A stretch of 64,000 bases of DNA from Pecten maximus (GCF_902652985.1 NC_047015.1:19096001-19160000), one strand, 5' to 3'. Numbered from the stretch's first letter, positions 38,501 through 51,947 are shown. Translations and numbers: made by a program. The notes: generated by a model from the sequence alone, not told the origin.

Positions 38501-39711
38501 AATAGACATGTGGGAGTGTTTTATTTTGTACTAGAGTGTTAGACGAGCTATCGTGCATCTGATTTCTAGAGAATCCAAGTTCAATGACTTTAACATGTTG
38601 TTGACGGTGCCTGGTGCCTGTCAGTGTATACGTAACTGTTGAAGATATAGTGAGCTGCTTTGCGTTGGATTTGTTTAAGTTGGTGTTTGTATACTTGTTT
38701 GTGTGGATCCCAGCTGGCATGTGTCTGATAGTCTAATTGTGGTCGTACCAATGTGGTGTTTGTAATGATTTGACTGTTTTAGAGTATAACTTCATATTAC
38801 GTCCGAGAAAGCCCAAGTGTCCTAGATTTGCTTTTGCTGTGATTGAGTTGATGTGTTCCCCCCAGTCTAAGTTTTCATGTAGTGTTAATCTAAAAGTATT
38901 TACTTTTAGAGGTGTTAACTAGTTGTTGGTTAGGCCAAAACAATTATATATATGGTTAGGCCAAAACAATTATATATGTGTTTAGGGTTAAAAGTTGAGA
39001 ATTAGTCAATCAGAATACATATAGTTGCAGCAAAATGAGATGTTAATCATGCTATGAGAGTTGAACCATGTAAATGTGTTTTTTCCTAACATTCACTCCT
39101 TTGGGCTTTTCTTTAATTGTAAAACATCTATCCCAACTGATAGTGGTACCATCGATTCCATACAATTGAATGTATTATTAACCTTAAACCATGGGGAATT
39201 CCTGGGTTTGGGTAGAATTCTTGCTTGATTACAGGTAGCTCTAATTTGGAACCGAAAGTATTCAGTAAAAAAAAAATTAAAAAATAGCTTTGAGTAGGCG
39301 GTCAAAATGTAGGGTCGGTCGGAAACCATAAACACACATATTTTTTTTTGGCCTTAAGAGTGTTATGTGTGAATATTGGTGTTTTCCTTTTTCTTAGATA
39401 GGTGGATAGTAGTACATTTAGAGGGGTTAAATTCCAAATCATACCAAGTTGTCTATCAACACTTTTTAACTTTCCATCACCGAAAATTTGGGTACATAAA
39501 GTAGTCTACCAGGATGCTCTAGATAATGACCCAGTTTACAGTTATTCTCCGCTAGTTTATTGGGTCATGTTGACATCCTGTATATGTACTTACCAGTCTA
39601 AATTAATAAATCGACAATCTGGCTACAATATATTACATTCTTATGTATCAACAAACCTTTCTCGAAGTGATCTCTGTAATGTTCGCCACTGAACCAACCG
39701 CAAAACGACAT
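35525..39711 (-). CDS. MSRB1: Selenoprotein methionine-R-sulfoxide reductase B1 (SelR/SelX), 114 aa, Sec93 encoded by UGA
   Basis: Exons 39711-39657, 37417-37275, 35888-35771 and 35553-35525 give [46 protein letters not shown]...[35 protein letters not shown]...*. Two CxxC Zn motifs, N-terminal Cys4, and TGA at 35810-35808 in the R(Y/F)UIFS catalytic motif. Confidence 0.95.
36185..36730. repeat. Compound minisatellite (17-bp GATTACATACATGTGGG plus 11-bp GATTACATTGG subunits) in MsrB1 intron 2
   Basis: Tandem periodicity read directly; explains ORFs 36110-36740. Confidence 0.9.
38300..38915 (-). mobile_element. Decayed non-LTR retrotransposon (CR1-like) RT C-terminal fragment in MsrB1 intron 1
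   Basis: Frameshifted minus translation [56 protein letters not shown] resembles CR1/L2-clade ORF2 3' ends. Confidence 0.7.
38958..39353. mobile_element. MITE-like element with AGGCCAAAA termini
   Basis: AGGCCAAAACAATTATATATGTGTTTAGGGTT ... AACCATAAACACACATATTTTTTTTGGCCT form an imperfect inverted pair; the left end is locally duplicated (38931). Confidence 0.45.
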
Positions 39712-40079
39712 GACGGGCGGTGTGGGTTATACAACGAGTTGTGTGCTCTTCCTAAGGAGGCACTGAGGTGACAGCGACAAGAAGGCGCAAGTTTTGTGCG
39801 CTCAAATCCTTTCGTATTATCTTGCGCACATACCTAAGATTCTTATATTTTCAAATTGAATAAATGTTCATTTCACATGATTGATATTCCGTTATTTTCT
39901 CTCTCTGTTTACTTCTCCATATTAAAGATTAATACGGTAATTTAATCCGTCATCCACTTTCTTTATTAGGCACGTCCGGTAACCATAGTCATCTGCGTCA
40001 TTACAGTGTTTTTATTTGGAGGAAAATAATAATAATATTTTTCAAGCTGAATTTTGACACCGAAAAATGCGCAAACAAA
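39712..40079. promoter_or_regulatory. Probable bidirectional promoter MsrB1(-)/FAM227(+)
   Basis: Only 368 bp separate the divergent ATGs (39711 and 40080); locally CpG-richer than the flanks. Confidence 0.6.
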
Positions 40080-43000
40080 ATGGCGAGAAGGAGTCGAGTG
40101 GATTCTCCTATGGAGATATTCGACGAAAATTCCGACTTGAAAAGGGATGAAATAGAAAAACAGAAGAAATTCTTGGAAGCCAGGCAGCGTGCACGTTCAC
40201 GTATCCTTAGATAGCAATTCAATCGTACATCTTTTGAAGGTTAATTTACATAAATAGCGGTTGCTAAGATTTATCAGTAATTTGAAAACTGAGCTGACTA
40301 CGGTATTGACTAACGTTGTATAAATAACGGGGATAACTGCGCTGTCTAAGAAAAACACAAATGAAATGACATGAAATATACCACATCCCAATGTATATAT
40401 ATTGTATTTGTGCCTGTTCGTTTAGATCTAATTTGTTAACGTTACGTTGCATGCAAAACTAATATTGTTATATATATATATATATGCCGCCCCTTGTGAA
40501 CCGTAGATTGGACAATAAACAATCTTGTATACATGTAAGAATAGATAAACAAAGTCGCGTTAGCTTAAAAATGTAAGTGAGATTAGCTGATTAAGGTTAA
40601 GTTTCGTTTCAACATGACCCATATAGTATAAATAAACTTAAGTGTATTTGTCAACATAGGCCTATGTGTTTCTTCAACATAAGTGTAATTTCTTGTGCTA
40701 AAAGATAGTTCATATACTGCGAAATGACACTTTTTTCCTTAACAGATGCAAAGCCTTTTTTATTGGTTCTATAGAAAAAGTAAATAAAAAGATAAGTAAG
40801 CTTGATAGAAAACTACAGAAGTACACACAGCTTGTTGTTGAGAGTCGGGCCTCTGATGTTGATGATGTGGATGAGCATATCAACAGTGCACGGGGACGAG
40901 ACACATATCAGAGGAGAGGTATGGGAAAATCCACCACATTCTATTTGACCTGTGACATAAGAGGCCTCTGGTCGACAGATTTATTATCTGACGTTATTGT
41001 GTGACAAAGGCACCTTTCATAACTTAGTTTCTCACTGTGTAATTCTCTAACCTTGTTGGCCTAGCTTGCTGTTTTATGATATAGAAAAATATCCCACCTA
41101 TCAAATGTTGATGTTGCAGGAATTTAACTTTACAGTTACCCGAGACATATACATGGTATTAACCAGGTTGAGTACTCCCTTGGAGAGTTGAGACTGTCTC
41201 AATTTTGCATGACAACTTTGTTGTTTAATTGAGTGTTCCTTATATAAATCACCAACATTTTGAATTTAGTATAATTGATTTGCATATTAACCAACTTTTG
41301 TTGAGACAGTCTTTTTTTTAAACAAATTTAATTTTGTGACAAATGGTGAACTTGGAAACTATAAAATCAGGAAGCAAACCAAGACTGTAATAAAGGAAAG
41401 TTAAGAGTTTTATAAGACAATTAGAATATCTGAAAAAGTGAAGTGGAAGCTAAATTTTATTTGTTAGATGTTGGAGAAAATGTAAATTAGATTCTAAAAA
41501 AATGTACTGGGACATTAAAGTTTATAAAGGTAATCCTTTTTTCCTCATGTAAACTTGTGTTGCATGTTTTCTCTTTCCTTTCAGAAAAGGAAACCAGAGA
41601 AGTGAATAAATTTGCTGGGTACTTTACCATGAAACAAAGTAGGTATAACTATAACGAAGGAGTATTATAGATTCCATTTGTCTGTCTATTATACTGCACA
41701 TCTATTATCTATCCAGATGGACAGAACAGAATAACACAAGCTTTACAGTAGGGCTTAGATATGGGAAAGTGATCGTGCCTCCTAAGAATCACTTCAAAAA
41801 ATACTGTACCTAAGATGTTATAACTGCTGATAAGCCATATATGTAAACTTGTCAATGTATGAAGTTTTTAATAATTGTATACCTTGGTACTCACATTGTT
41901 CCTACATTAAGTATATCTACACCAAGTTCCAACAGGGGATTGAGATTCTGCAATTAAGGAGTAAATGACGACAAGATAGTTATAGTAAGATATTAAAGAA
42001 AGTTGATTCAGTTTCACCCAAATACTGCAATAAAATGTGGCTTTGATTTCAAGTCTGTATTATAGTTATATTAAGTTATTTCACTCCGATCCAAGTAATG
42101 AGCAATGAGTTATAATTGAGAAAAAATGCCACATGTATAAGTAACTCATAGTTAACATTTTCAGTTAGAGAGGAAATAGCTTTTATTTATTACAGGATAT
42201 GACAATATTTTTGTTTATCAAAAGAAATTGATGTAATGTTATTAGTGGATGCACCAACCTGACTATGGTATATTCTGTCAACTGCTGCTTAGAATCTGCT
42301 GTACATTATCACATTTTGTTTTGCATAACTTTAAGTAATACATGCTATTTTTCCTCAAGCTTTCTTACCTGGAAGAAGTGAAAGAGTGAAGCACATATCC
42401 AAAGTCAGCATGCAGCCCAGTAAAACAACAGTGGTAAGCTTGCGTCTTCTACCTTGAAAACCAGTGTCAGAAATCACAATTAAATTTATTACCAAGAATA
42501 TAGAGGTCTGCAAGCACATCCGGATTTCTTGTTGTATATTTTACTAAAAATGAAGTAGTATAATAAAACTTTTCGTACAGAATAAGTTAAATTAGGATGA
42601 CTTCCCTTTAATGTTGTCATTACCATAACAACTAATCTTTTGTTGCCTGTGATCATTGACTCAATTAATGACATGATGCATGTTCTTTTTGTAGATTTTG
42701 ATTGATGATAACTGATGCTCTTCAATAACAGTTTATGTTCTGGCTTTTGACTCTGATATTTGTTCTTTTTCTATTACAGGTGAAGAAGGACTCTGGAAAA
42801 CCAAAATTTGTAGAGGTATGTTACATGTGATCACTTTCATCAACTTTGCTTTAGGCCATCTTCACAAGTTGAATTGTACATGTCATCTTGCTTCATCATT
42901 TGTCCTTACACAATCTCACTTTCATTATTAGTCCCCAAAGATTGTCAGCACTCTAGCAGCTTCATTCCTTCAAGAATTTTGATAAAACTTTACACAATGA

Positions 43001-46000
43001 AAAAGGATCATAAAATCTCGGACAGGTTCAAGTTTCAGGGTTTTTAGGTGAAGGTCACTAATACTACTTTCAGTGGCCTCGGGGCAAGTGGAGGGCATGT
43101 ATTGCAACATGCCTCTCAGCTAGTAGAGAGAACTTATCTTTAGCTTGATCGATTGAGCAAACACTACTACAGCCAGATGTCTGAGTTCAATGCCTAAAAG
43201 AGACAGTGATTAGATTTAATTAATCATTTGTTCTGTTACATTTGATTCATATGTAGATTCTTTTCTTAAATTTTGACAGTTTAATTTTTGTGTACCAGGT
43301 AACTGTTTCTCAAAAATTAGTTGATTATAGACATTTTTCAAATCCCCTGTGTAACTGTTCCCTTTGGACTGCATAGACTAATAGTTATATTTCATTTAGA
43401 GATTAATTGAAAGAATAAAATGGCTGTAAGGTAGCCATCTTAGATTGTGAAAGTTAAATTTAGGATTATCTTATCACTTTGTCTCAAAACTACTAGCCTG
43501 CATGTTTTCCTAAATTTTGTTGGGTACTCTTAATTCTGTACTGTGCAATCTAAATTTGAGACTGATAAGAAAAGCAAAATGGCTACCAATTGATCATTTA
43601 TTTAATTATTTTGATACGTTAGATTTTGTTATTGCTGTATCATCTTTAATACATGTATAACTGTTACAGCAAGTGACATACGTCAGTGTGACCTAGATAC
43701 TATATACATTTCTACCACAATACGCTGTGTTATTCCACTCTCAAGCCATTGTATAAATGTACCGACTGTTGGATAAAGATATGTTATATACCACTAGTGG
43801 TATATGACCTTCCGGTCTTTTGATTGGTCAAGAATTCAAACTTTGACCCAAGCTGCAATTGTTATTGACTTCATCAATAATCCAATGACGTCACATCACC
43901 GAGTCCCGGACATCACCGGTACACTTTATTTGCATATGCAAAATTATACTTGGCAAAGTTTCCCTTTGATTCAAGCCAATATTATAGTGGTAGAAACAGG
44001 TCATATGACTCGTGATTGTTGGATATCGAATTTATTTCACACGAGTAAGTTATTTTTTAAAAGTTGCAAAAGACACTCGCTAAAGCTTGTGTCTTTTGTA
44101 ACTTTTAAAAAATAACTTACTAGTGTGAAATAAATTTCTTATCCATCAATCACTCGTTGTGTAACCGCTATGTATTTTTTTTTACCCCGACTTGTACTTT
44201 TTGTTTAGCTCTATTTAGTCAAGGCAGTGTTGGGGCATCTATTTTTTTCTAGTTCAGGGATTTGAAAAGAAAGGGTATATAAATTATGAATATCTAACAC
44301 CTGCATGTCACGGTTACAGTTGCACCAGTACCCTGGGTTTGACCACACAGAACTGACTGTTCTTCCTGACGAGATTCTTGTTGAGGATATGTTAAAGAAA
44401 GCTGCTGATGCACATGTACAACTCAATGTAAAGGTATGTATGGTATAGAGGAAGTAGCTATAGGGCTATTGTTGGTTTGAAGAAGGTATGGTACTGTGTG
44501 TAAACTTAAAGGTACTTGATGATGTGCAAGATATGTATATACATAAAGCCTAATGTAAGTAAATTATATCTTATTGAAAATGTATGTGCAATTTAATTTA
44601 AAGTAGTGTACTGCTCACTACCTGTACGTAGGTCTATATTTCATTAGACCACCTAGGCTGATACAAAAAGTTTGTAGCATGGTGTTCCTCATTTGTATGT
44701 AGAAAAATTGTGTGTGGACAACTTCTCTTATACCTGTGACTGTGAGTCAATTTCAAAGAAACTTGACATGAATGTTAGGGACCATATTCAGGTGTGCATG
44801 CAGATATTTTTGGAGAAATTTTGGATACTATGGTGGTAAACAATAGCCAGCAAGTGTACATGGAATGAAGTCTGAAGGGGTCTATAGTGTAAAGAGACAC
44901 TTTTACAATCATTATCAAAGACATATTTGGAATAAGATGACAAAAAAATCATGCATTATCGACTAACAGATCACAGAATATACCAATAGTTTCAGCTCAT
45001 TAAGTTAACAATAACAAGTTTTAACAGAATACTAAATGTCATTGACGTTGGTTTTCGTTCCAGCCATCATATGCCCCAGACTTTGAGCTGTGGTACTACT
45101 CAGAATTATCGAAGGCAGTTTTTCTGGTAAGAAAAAAAGCTGTTTACATTGAACATAATCATTGTGTAGAAAATAAGCATAAAGTTTTAACTGTTTTAGT
45201 TTGTAAAGCCACAGCATCTACAGTGATAGATTGGATTTTTGATATTATATTCTTGAATTTTATTCTCTATGAAACAAAATCCATCACTGATTATTGACTT
45301 TATTTATTTGTATTAATTTTTAAACAGGACATGTTTTGGTTCTTGTTCCTTGAGAAGTATCAGTCAAGTAAGAATTCTCAAGTGAAGCTCTTTAATAGGA
45401 CAGCTCACAATTTTGTGAAGCTTTTACTGTTTGTCAGGAACCCACTCCACAGAGATGTATTTTTCAAGGTATGTATACACCTAGATTGACTATAGTGAGA
45501 GCTGTATTTCTTAATAGCAGAACTAAAAGATATTGTATAATTTTGTATTTATGTAACTGAAGTTAAATATTGATTATAAGTAACCTGAGTCTCTCATCCA
45601 TTATAATTATAGTTTTATTTTTGACTTCACTGAAAACAGCTTAGATTTGCTGGTACCATATAATCAAAAGCTTTTGGTGGGGATCAAAATATGGTCTCAA
45701 AATGCTTTTCACCCCAATTAGGGCCACGTAACTTAAATGAGCCACAGAGTACCAAACCTTTTAACATGAAAGGTTCTGAACTTACTGGTCGATTTTTACC
45801 AATATTTCACAAAATTATATGATCAGACATATACTTAAGAAGGGTTGACAACTCATGGAGACTGAGGGACAAGGGCAGTAAGAGTCACTAGTGCTAAACC
45901 TTTAAAATACAATTTCAATTGTAACATCAATGCTGTCTGAGTTTTCAAGGTGGAGGGGATCATATTTGATTTATAAAATCAAGATTTCATCCCTCTGGGG

Positions 46001-49000
46001 TTGGGGATTGGGGTTGTTTAAATGGCCACAAATCTCTGTGCACTCAACATCTCTGATAGTTATGACTAGAATTTCACCATTGTCTAAAATAGACATTAAA
46101 TGATCATTTGTAAAATATTTCTGTTGTAATTACCAAGCCCCAAGACACATACAAATTCAGAAAAAAAAATTATGAGCTTTGATCCTGTTTAATTGTATTT
46201 TGATGTATAAATTGTATATATGTTGTGAATTTGAAAATCATTGAAAGACAGTCACAGTTACCACGAATTACCATCTAAATTTGTTTTTTACTGATTTGGG
46301 TTGGTTATCCCCTTTTTTTAAGATTAACCCAAGTTACCTTAAGTTAATTAGTCTTCCTGAGTTGACCATATGATACTTGTTTATATTAATGTGTATAACT
46401 GTGATTCTACAGGACTACCCAAGTCTGCTGTCTCAAGCCATATATGCGGCCTACTGCCACTCCTTCCCAGATTCGTACAAACAGTTTGGGGAGCAGTTTA
46501 AGGAGGATTTGGTAGCCTTGGTGTATCAATGGATTGCTGGTAAGCTGTGATCTCACTCTTCTCCTACCGTAGAATTCGGGTCCTGTGTATGATATATAAT
46601 ATCTAGGCATTCACAGAATGCTGTGCAGTACACCGGTAAAAGGTACCATTGCATCATTTGCAATTGGGGAAAAAACTTCCATATTTGAGCAGAGTTTCCA
46701 CCCCCCCCCCCCCCCCAACTTTGATGTCTTAAAAATGAAGCAGAAAAGATTTTTTTTAAACAAATTTTAATGTTATATACCTAACTCCAGGACAGTACAC
46801 AATATCTTTCCCTATACATGTACAGTTTATTTTTCATCCTCATTATTTCCTTCTTTATAAATTATAATGTTAATAATATAATTTTTTTTGTGTTGAAATA
46901 ATTCTGTCAAATACAGTGCAAGAAAGCTTATGGACAAGCAGATATTTTGTGATAGTGACAATGATAATAGATCTTGATTTTGTTGAAATTATTTATCTTA
47001 GGACTTTGATTGATGGTGTTTCCAAATAAAGGTTGTATATCACTTCAACAGGTTTCATGGAAATGGTGACAATTATTTTAATGATATTTTGTTTATTGAG
47101 GGTACTAGGCTAGTAGCTATGATAATTTTATAGCTTGTACTTCCTTATTATAAATCATGATGATTTAGATACAATGTAAATATTACTTTTGGTCTGCCTA
47201 AAATAAATTGTTGCTCAAGGATAACTTTACCGTTTAAATTTTACAGGTATCAAACCATCACCTCGGATTTGGATGACGTGGAATTTCGATAAACTCGAGC
47301 CACCAAATATAAAGCTCAGAGAAGAAATGGCCAACAGTCAGAAAAAGAAGAAAAGTAAGTTTCTGCATTGTTTATTATTGTTTTATTCTCTTTATGATCT
47401 CAACCATATTTTTTTTATAAAAGTTTAAATATATGATCAGTATCTTATGTACATGTAGCTCTGCATTAAATTATTTCTGATTTTTATGATATTTCCATCG
47501 AATTATTCCCCTTTTCTATATCTGATCTCTTTTTATTATTGTTATGTTGCGGAATCAGAGTTAGACTTTCACTTACCATAATATTATAGCTCGTTTATCA
47601 ATTAATACATTTAGCATCATTGGTAATTCACACTGAACATATTACATACATTGCCCTCACTTTCATTCTAGCGGCATCAGCCACACTCAACTTTGACTTC
47701 CTGGACTCCATCTTCTCCAGTAATGGTAGTCAGTATACCTCCATGACCTCACTCAATCAGTCAGTGTCCAAGTCCTCCATGCAAAGCTATGGTGGCCGCA
47801 ATAGAAAACATGGACCTGTGAAGAAAAGGAGTTCTCTTACAGGACTAACTCCAAGGTTTAGGAGTCAGTCACCAGGTTCATCACAAGATGGAGCCATCAT
47901 TGATACTGTAGCAGAGCATCAAGTTGTGGATAACAAAAGGATAGGAGGAATGGGTAAAAAGCAGCCAGACCCTCGCAAGCTCATGGATGCTCTGACGCCG
48001 ATAAGGGAGACAACTCTTGAAGATGAACATGACAAAATGGACACCAAAACCTCTAATGCCTCTGTAGCCATGGCGAAAGGCAGCTGCAATGAAATCATCA
48101 GATGACAAATTCTATACAGAGGTATGTTAACTGACAAACTGTAAATCTTCAAGCTATCTTGAGCTTGTAGAGTTGTCATGTTTGTTAAAATGTTTCAAGT
48201 GGGTGCAGTAATGTTGTGAATTGGTACAGAAAACATGATCATGTTTGAATTGTTAAAACTATTTTTTAAGACTCTTGTTCACATTAAAAATTAGTCTTTA
48301 TTCTCTATCAATCGTTTAAAGTGTACTCCTAAACTGTCATCATGAGGGCACACAATAATGTACATAAATTGTATTAACAGCAAGGCTGGATGATGACTTA
48401 TAACTGCACCATAACTTTTACCGATACACAAGCATCACATTCTATTCTAAAAACTATAACCATATTTTTGGAATATAGGGAATTGCAATAAAATTTACAA
48501 TAAAACATTCACACAGATTCATACAGTTTGCAAACAAAATATTTTTCATACCCCTATGAAATTAAAAAATAATTGACATCAACGCTTATAATTAATTTTT
48601 GAAAATAATTTTCTAATCTAAAACATGTTTTATGTACATTTTTACTGGTTTTATATGGGATTCTTTTTCTCAAATCGATACGCAACGTCAATTGTTGAAT
48701 TGTGACGTCATAGTGGTATGAAAAAAAAACTCAACCAATCAGAAAGCTGCATTCTGTGTACAAACAATGGAAAATTAATTATAAAATAACGAAAAAGTAA
48801 TATTTTCTTCATGCAGCACTTTGAAAGCTTTGTTTAGAAACAATAGCCTTAGGGATCGGCTTGAGTTATTACCACAAAGGTTGATTTGCAATAATTTGGG
48901 TTCAAAATCAATCTTGCACATGATACAGTTTATTACACGTATATATACAAAATATGAATGCCTGGGAATTTCAGATCCAAAAGTGCAAGTTTTTTCAACC

Positions 49001-50473
49001 CAGTTCTAATTCCCTATCATGATACAATGTATATATTTATGTATATGTGTATATATATATATGCAAATGAAACTCAATTTGTATTCTTTTCTGAAGTGTT
49101 TGCTTTCAAGACTAGAATTTAAAGGTTGAGATTAATATAACAGACTACATGTATAACAAAAAGTTGACTTTGAAAAATAAATTACCTGTATAGTAGGACT
49201 CTTTGTCAGTGTTTCCCCCATTAACTAAGAGCCAGACCTGAAAATATATATAAACACCAGTGGCCACCTGGTACAACAATCAGATTGGAAATCTGCATGA
49301 ACATAATCTACAAAATATCTTTACTCCTAGAAAATTAATTCTTATCTCTATACTTTTGGCAGGTACTGCAATTTACATTTGTGTTTTGTTTTTCATCTGT
49401 TTCTAATTTTTTTCAACTTAAGTGAGATCTTTTTTAAGTGTGCTACTTGAAAGAACTATTTGTAGAAATTAAGACTTTTGTACTTGTACTTGAAGTTTCA
49501 TCGGAATGTGCATTTTTTTCATTGAAGAATGTACATGTGCATTGCTGAACAATTATATATCATTTTTCAACAGAAAATCTAACTTTAACTTCCAAAATTA
49601 TCTTAATTTTTATCAGTAAACAAAGGTCAATTAAATCTTCAATTTGTTGTTCTAGTCTCACCCTGCCTGCCGAGGACCTGACTTCCGTAAGTCTGTTTTT
49701 AATATTCATGGTCAGAGTCCCCTGATGGCCCACTTCCTGCGCATGAAGAGGATATCACAGGAAGGCGGTATGGTGGTACGTGTCTGTCGCACTGAACTGG
49801 AAAATCTACCTTCATATCCTTTAATTATATATGTAAAATTGAAATTCTGTATGTATATGATGTGTTTTGGTATGGTGTTGTATGATTTACCTGTTAGGCT
49901 TAACTTCTGATCTACATTTTTCAACTGATATTTTTTATTCTTGGTAGACTTTTTAATCATGTGTAATGAATTGTGTGCACTGAATGACATTATGATTTGA
50001 TAATTTTTGCGAAATTTATTGCCCTTTTTTAACAGGTATTTTCTTTCCTGAAATTTAGTCTGATTCTATAACTTTTGCTACTTATGCATGATGTCTGTGT
50101 AATGAATAAGTATTTACATTTAAAATGTATTTGGTAAGCATTATATATTAGATAAGACCTCTATATAATGTATAGATATCAGGAGTCCCTGGTAGATATA
50201 GATGCAAAGATTTGTGATTGGTGATATAGCTGATTTCCTTAACTGTGTTTACTCTTGATGCACCTACTTATAAAGAACTCATTAAAGATTCCTTCAAAAG
50301 AGTCCGAGAGATCGAAAAAGAATATGACCGGTAAGTATTGCGTAGTTTTGCTTTATTTGAAAAAAGGTCATTCATATTCTTTAAATTCTTTGTTTGGTTG
50401 AAGCCAGCCTCACTGTACAAACCACAAATCAAAAATCTGTGCCAAGTCCCTGCAGTTACCTTAACATCAACAC

Positions 50474-50505
<32 letters not shown>

Positions 50506-51947
50506 AGTCATTTTAGCAGTGACATATAAATATAGCTAACAACTATACCAAGTTGATGACTTCACTCAGTAACCAGATTATCAAAAATAAACATGTATTT
50601 TCTAGTTGTACATTCATGTTTAACCAACAGATTTTATGATAAGAATATGAGGGAAAGCCTGGTGTCCGCAAAGAAACATCGTGAGATGAACCAGGAGTAC
50701 CAAAAACTACAGTCCTCATTATTGGCCAGACCCAAGGAGGTCAAACGTCTTTGTGAACTCCTCATCCTGGAGCAGAATGTAAGGTTTTATTGTAATTTTG
50801 TACTGCACGGCCTCATGTCATGATATGAAGGTTTTTGTTGATTGCAGAATGTTACAATTCTAATGTGAGAAGATAATAGAATAAGACTATTTATTATCCA
50901 CCATTCCTGATGGTGCTGTCTACCTAATTTACAAGAGATTCAAGAGGGATGTTGGCACCATTCAGTGATCTTTGTTAATCGAGTCTCAATTTGAAATTCA
51001 ATAGCTTCTTTCTTCCATGCTTCAATTAATTCAAATAAAGGTATAAATATAATGTATTATGACAATGAACCAGCAATTCATGAGATATGATGATAAAAAA
51101 GGTTTTTAAAGCAGAGGATTTCCAGGGGAGATATCTGCAGTCCTTACAAGTATTGTATGTCAGTTTCATCCTCAGGCTTTTGAAACTTTGTAAGTGTTGA
51201 TATTTTGGTGTTCGTTTAAAAACGTTTCTACCACAATACCCCGTGTTATTCAACTCTCAGACCATCAGTTAATCATTACAGCCGTTGATTAACAATCTGT
51301 TTATACCACACGTGGTATAAACTCTGTACGCATTTCGATTGGCTGACACGCTGAACTTTGACCCAAGCTGCAATTGTTATTGACGTCATCAATAATCTAA
51401 TGACGTCACATCACCGGGTCCCGGACGTCACCGGTACACTTTATTTGCATACGCAAAATTATACTTGGCCATGTTTCCCTTTGATTCAAGCAGATATTAT
51501 TGTGGTAGAAACAGGTCACACGACTCGAAATTGTTGGATATGGAATTTATTTCACACTCATAAGTTATTTTTTAAAAGTTGCAAAAAACACTCGCTAAAG
51601 CTCGTGTCTTTTGTAACTTTTAAAAAATAACTTACTAGTGTGAAATAAATTCCATATCCAACAACCACTCGTTGTGTAACCTCTATTTACGCAGTAGGGA
51701 GCAACCCAGGTGTATAAAAGCAGATAGCTAGTCAGAAACATTAGGAGTAGGAAATCATGTGATGCCTGTCCAATCCTCAAATGTTGTATAGCACTAAACA
51801 TTGCCAATATCAGTACTGTCTTTATGTCTACTTTTACAAATAACACAGTACTTACAAGAGTCCCTTTATTTACAGAAAGACCAGGACTCTGTATCAGCTG
51901 GTGCAGATGCTGCCCTCGAGTCGGCCTTACTGGCTTGTCAGGATTGA
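40080..51947 (+). CDS. FAM227 family protein (FWWh domain), 15 exons, with an apparent frame break in exon 11
   Basis: Exons 40080-40200, 40754-40918, 41585-41638, 42360-42433, 42780-42815, 44320-44433, 45064-45126, 45328-45468 (DMFWFLFLEKY), 46413-46539 (YPSLLSQAIYAAYCHSFP..FKEDL..WIAG), 47247-47354, 47672-48121, 49656-49813 (FNIHGQSPLMAHFL), 50253-50330 (APTYKELI), 50631-50778, 51876-51947. Motifs recalled from FAM227A/B. Confidence 0.8.
40201..40753 (+). other. U12-type (minor spliceosome) GT-AG intron
   Basis: 5' end GTATCCTT; branch TTCCTTAAC at 40735-40743; AG at 40752-40753. This acceptor keeps the frame (..RSPFFIGSIEKVN), whereas the nearer AG at 40745 does not. Confidence 0.85.
43787..44172. 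mobile_element. ~390-bp hairpin-bearing interspersed repeat, copy 1
   Basis: Highly similar to 51302-51686; internal ~50-bp-arm palindrome around CTCGCTAAAGCT; short palindrome ATACCAC..GTGGTAT at the left end. Confidence 0.8.
49814..50252 (+). other. U12-type AT-AC intron
   Basis: 5' ATATCCTTT; branch TTTCCTTAAC at 50234-50243; terminal AC at 50251-50252. Removal joins ENLP-S-LDAPTYKELI in frame. Confidence 0.92.
51302..51686. mobile_element. ~390-bp hairpin-bearing interspersed repeat, copy 2
   Basis: Direct-repeat homologue of 43787-44172; explains the paralogous ORFs 43804 and 51358. Confidence 0.8.

Noticed and set aside
40740-40750. Conventional acceptor TTAACAG|ATG for FAM227 exon 2
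   Set aside because: Out of frame with exon 1 and overlaps the U12 branch site; the AG at 40753 fits.
43138-43200. tRNA-like A/B-box sequences (also ~37690-37740)
   Set aside because: No cloverleaf can be formed; at most decayed SINE heads.
43804-44115. Paralogous ORFs 43804-44115 and 51358-51630 as a gene family
   Set aside because: They lie within two copies of an intronic palindromic repeat and show no coding signature.
48103-48105. FAM227 in-frame TGA as selenocysteine
   Set aside because: Readthrough leaves phase 1 at the donor while the next exon needs phase 0. The only SECIS-like stretch (~52785-52835) pairs poorly and lies beyond the likely poly(A) signal.
50474-50505. Poly-proline ORF 50338-50529
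   Set aside because: Intronic poly-C run of uncertain length.
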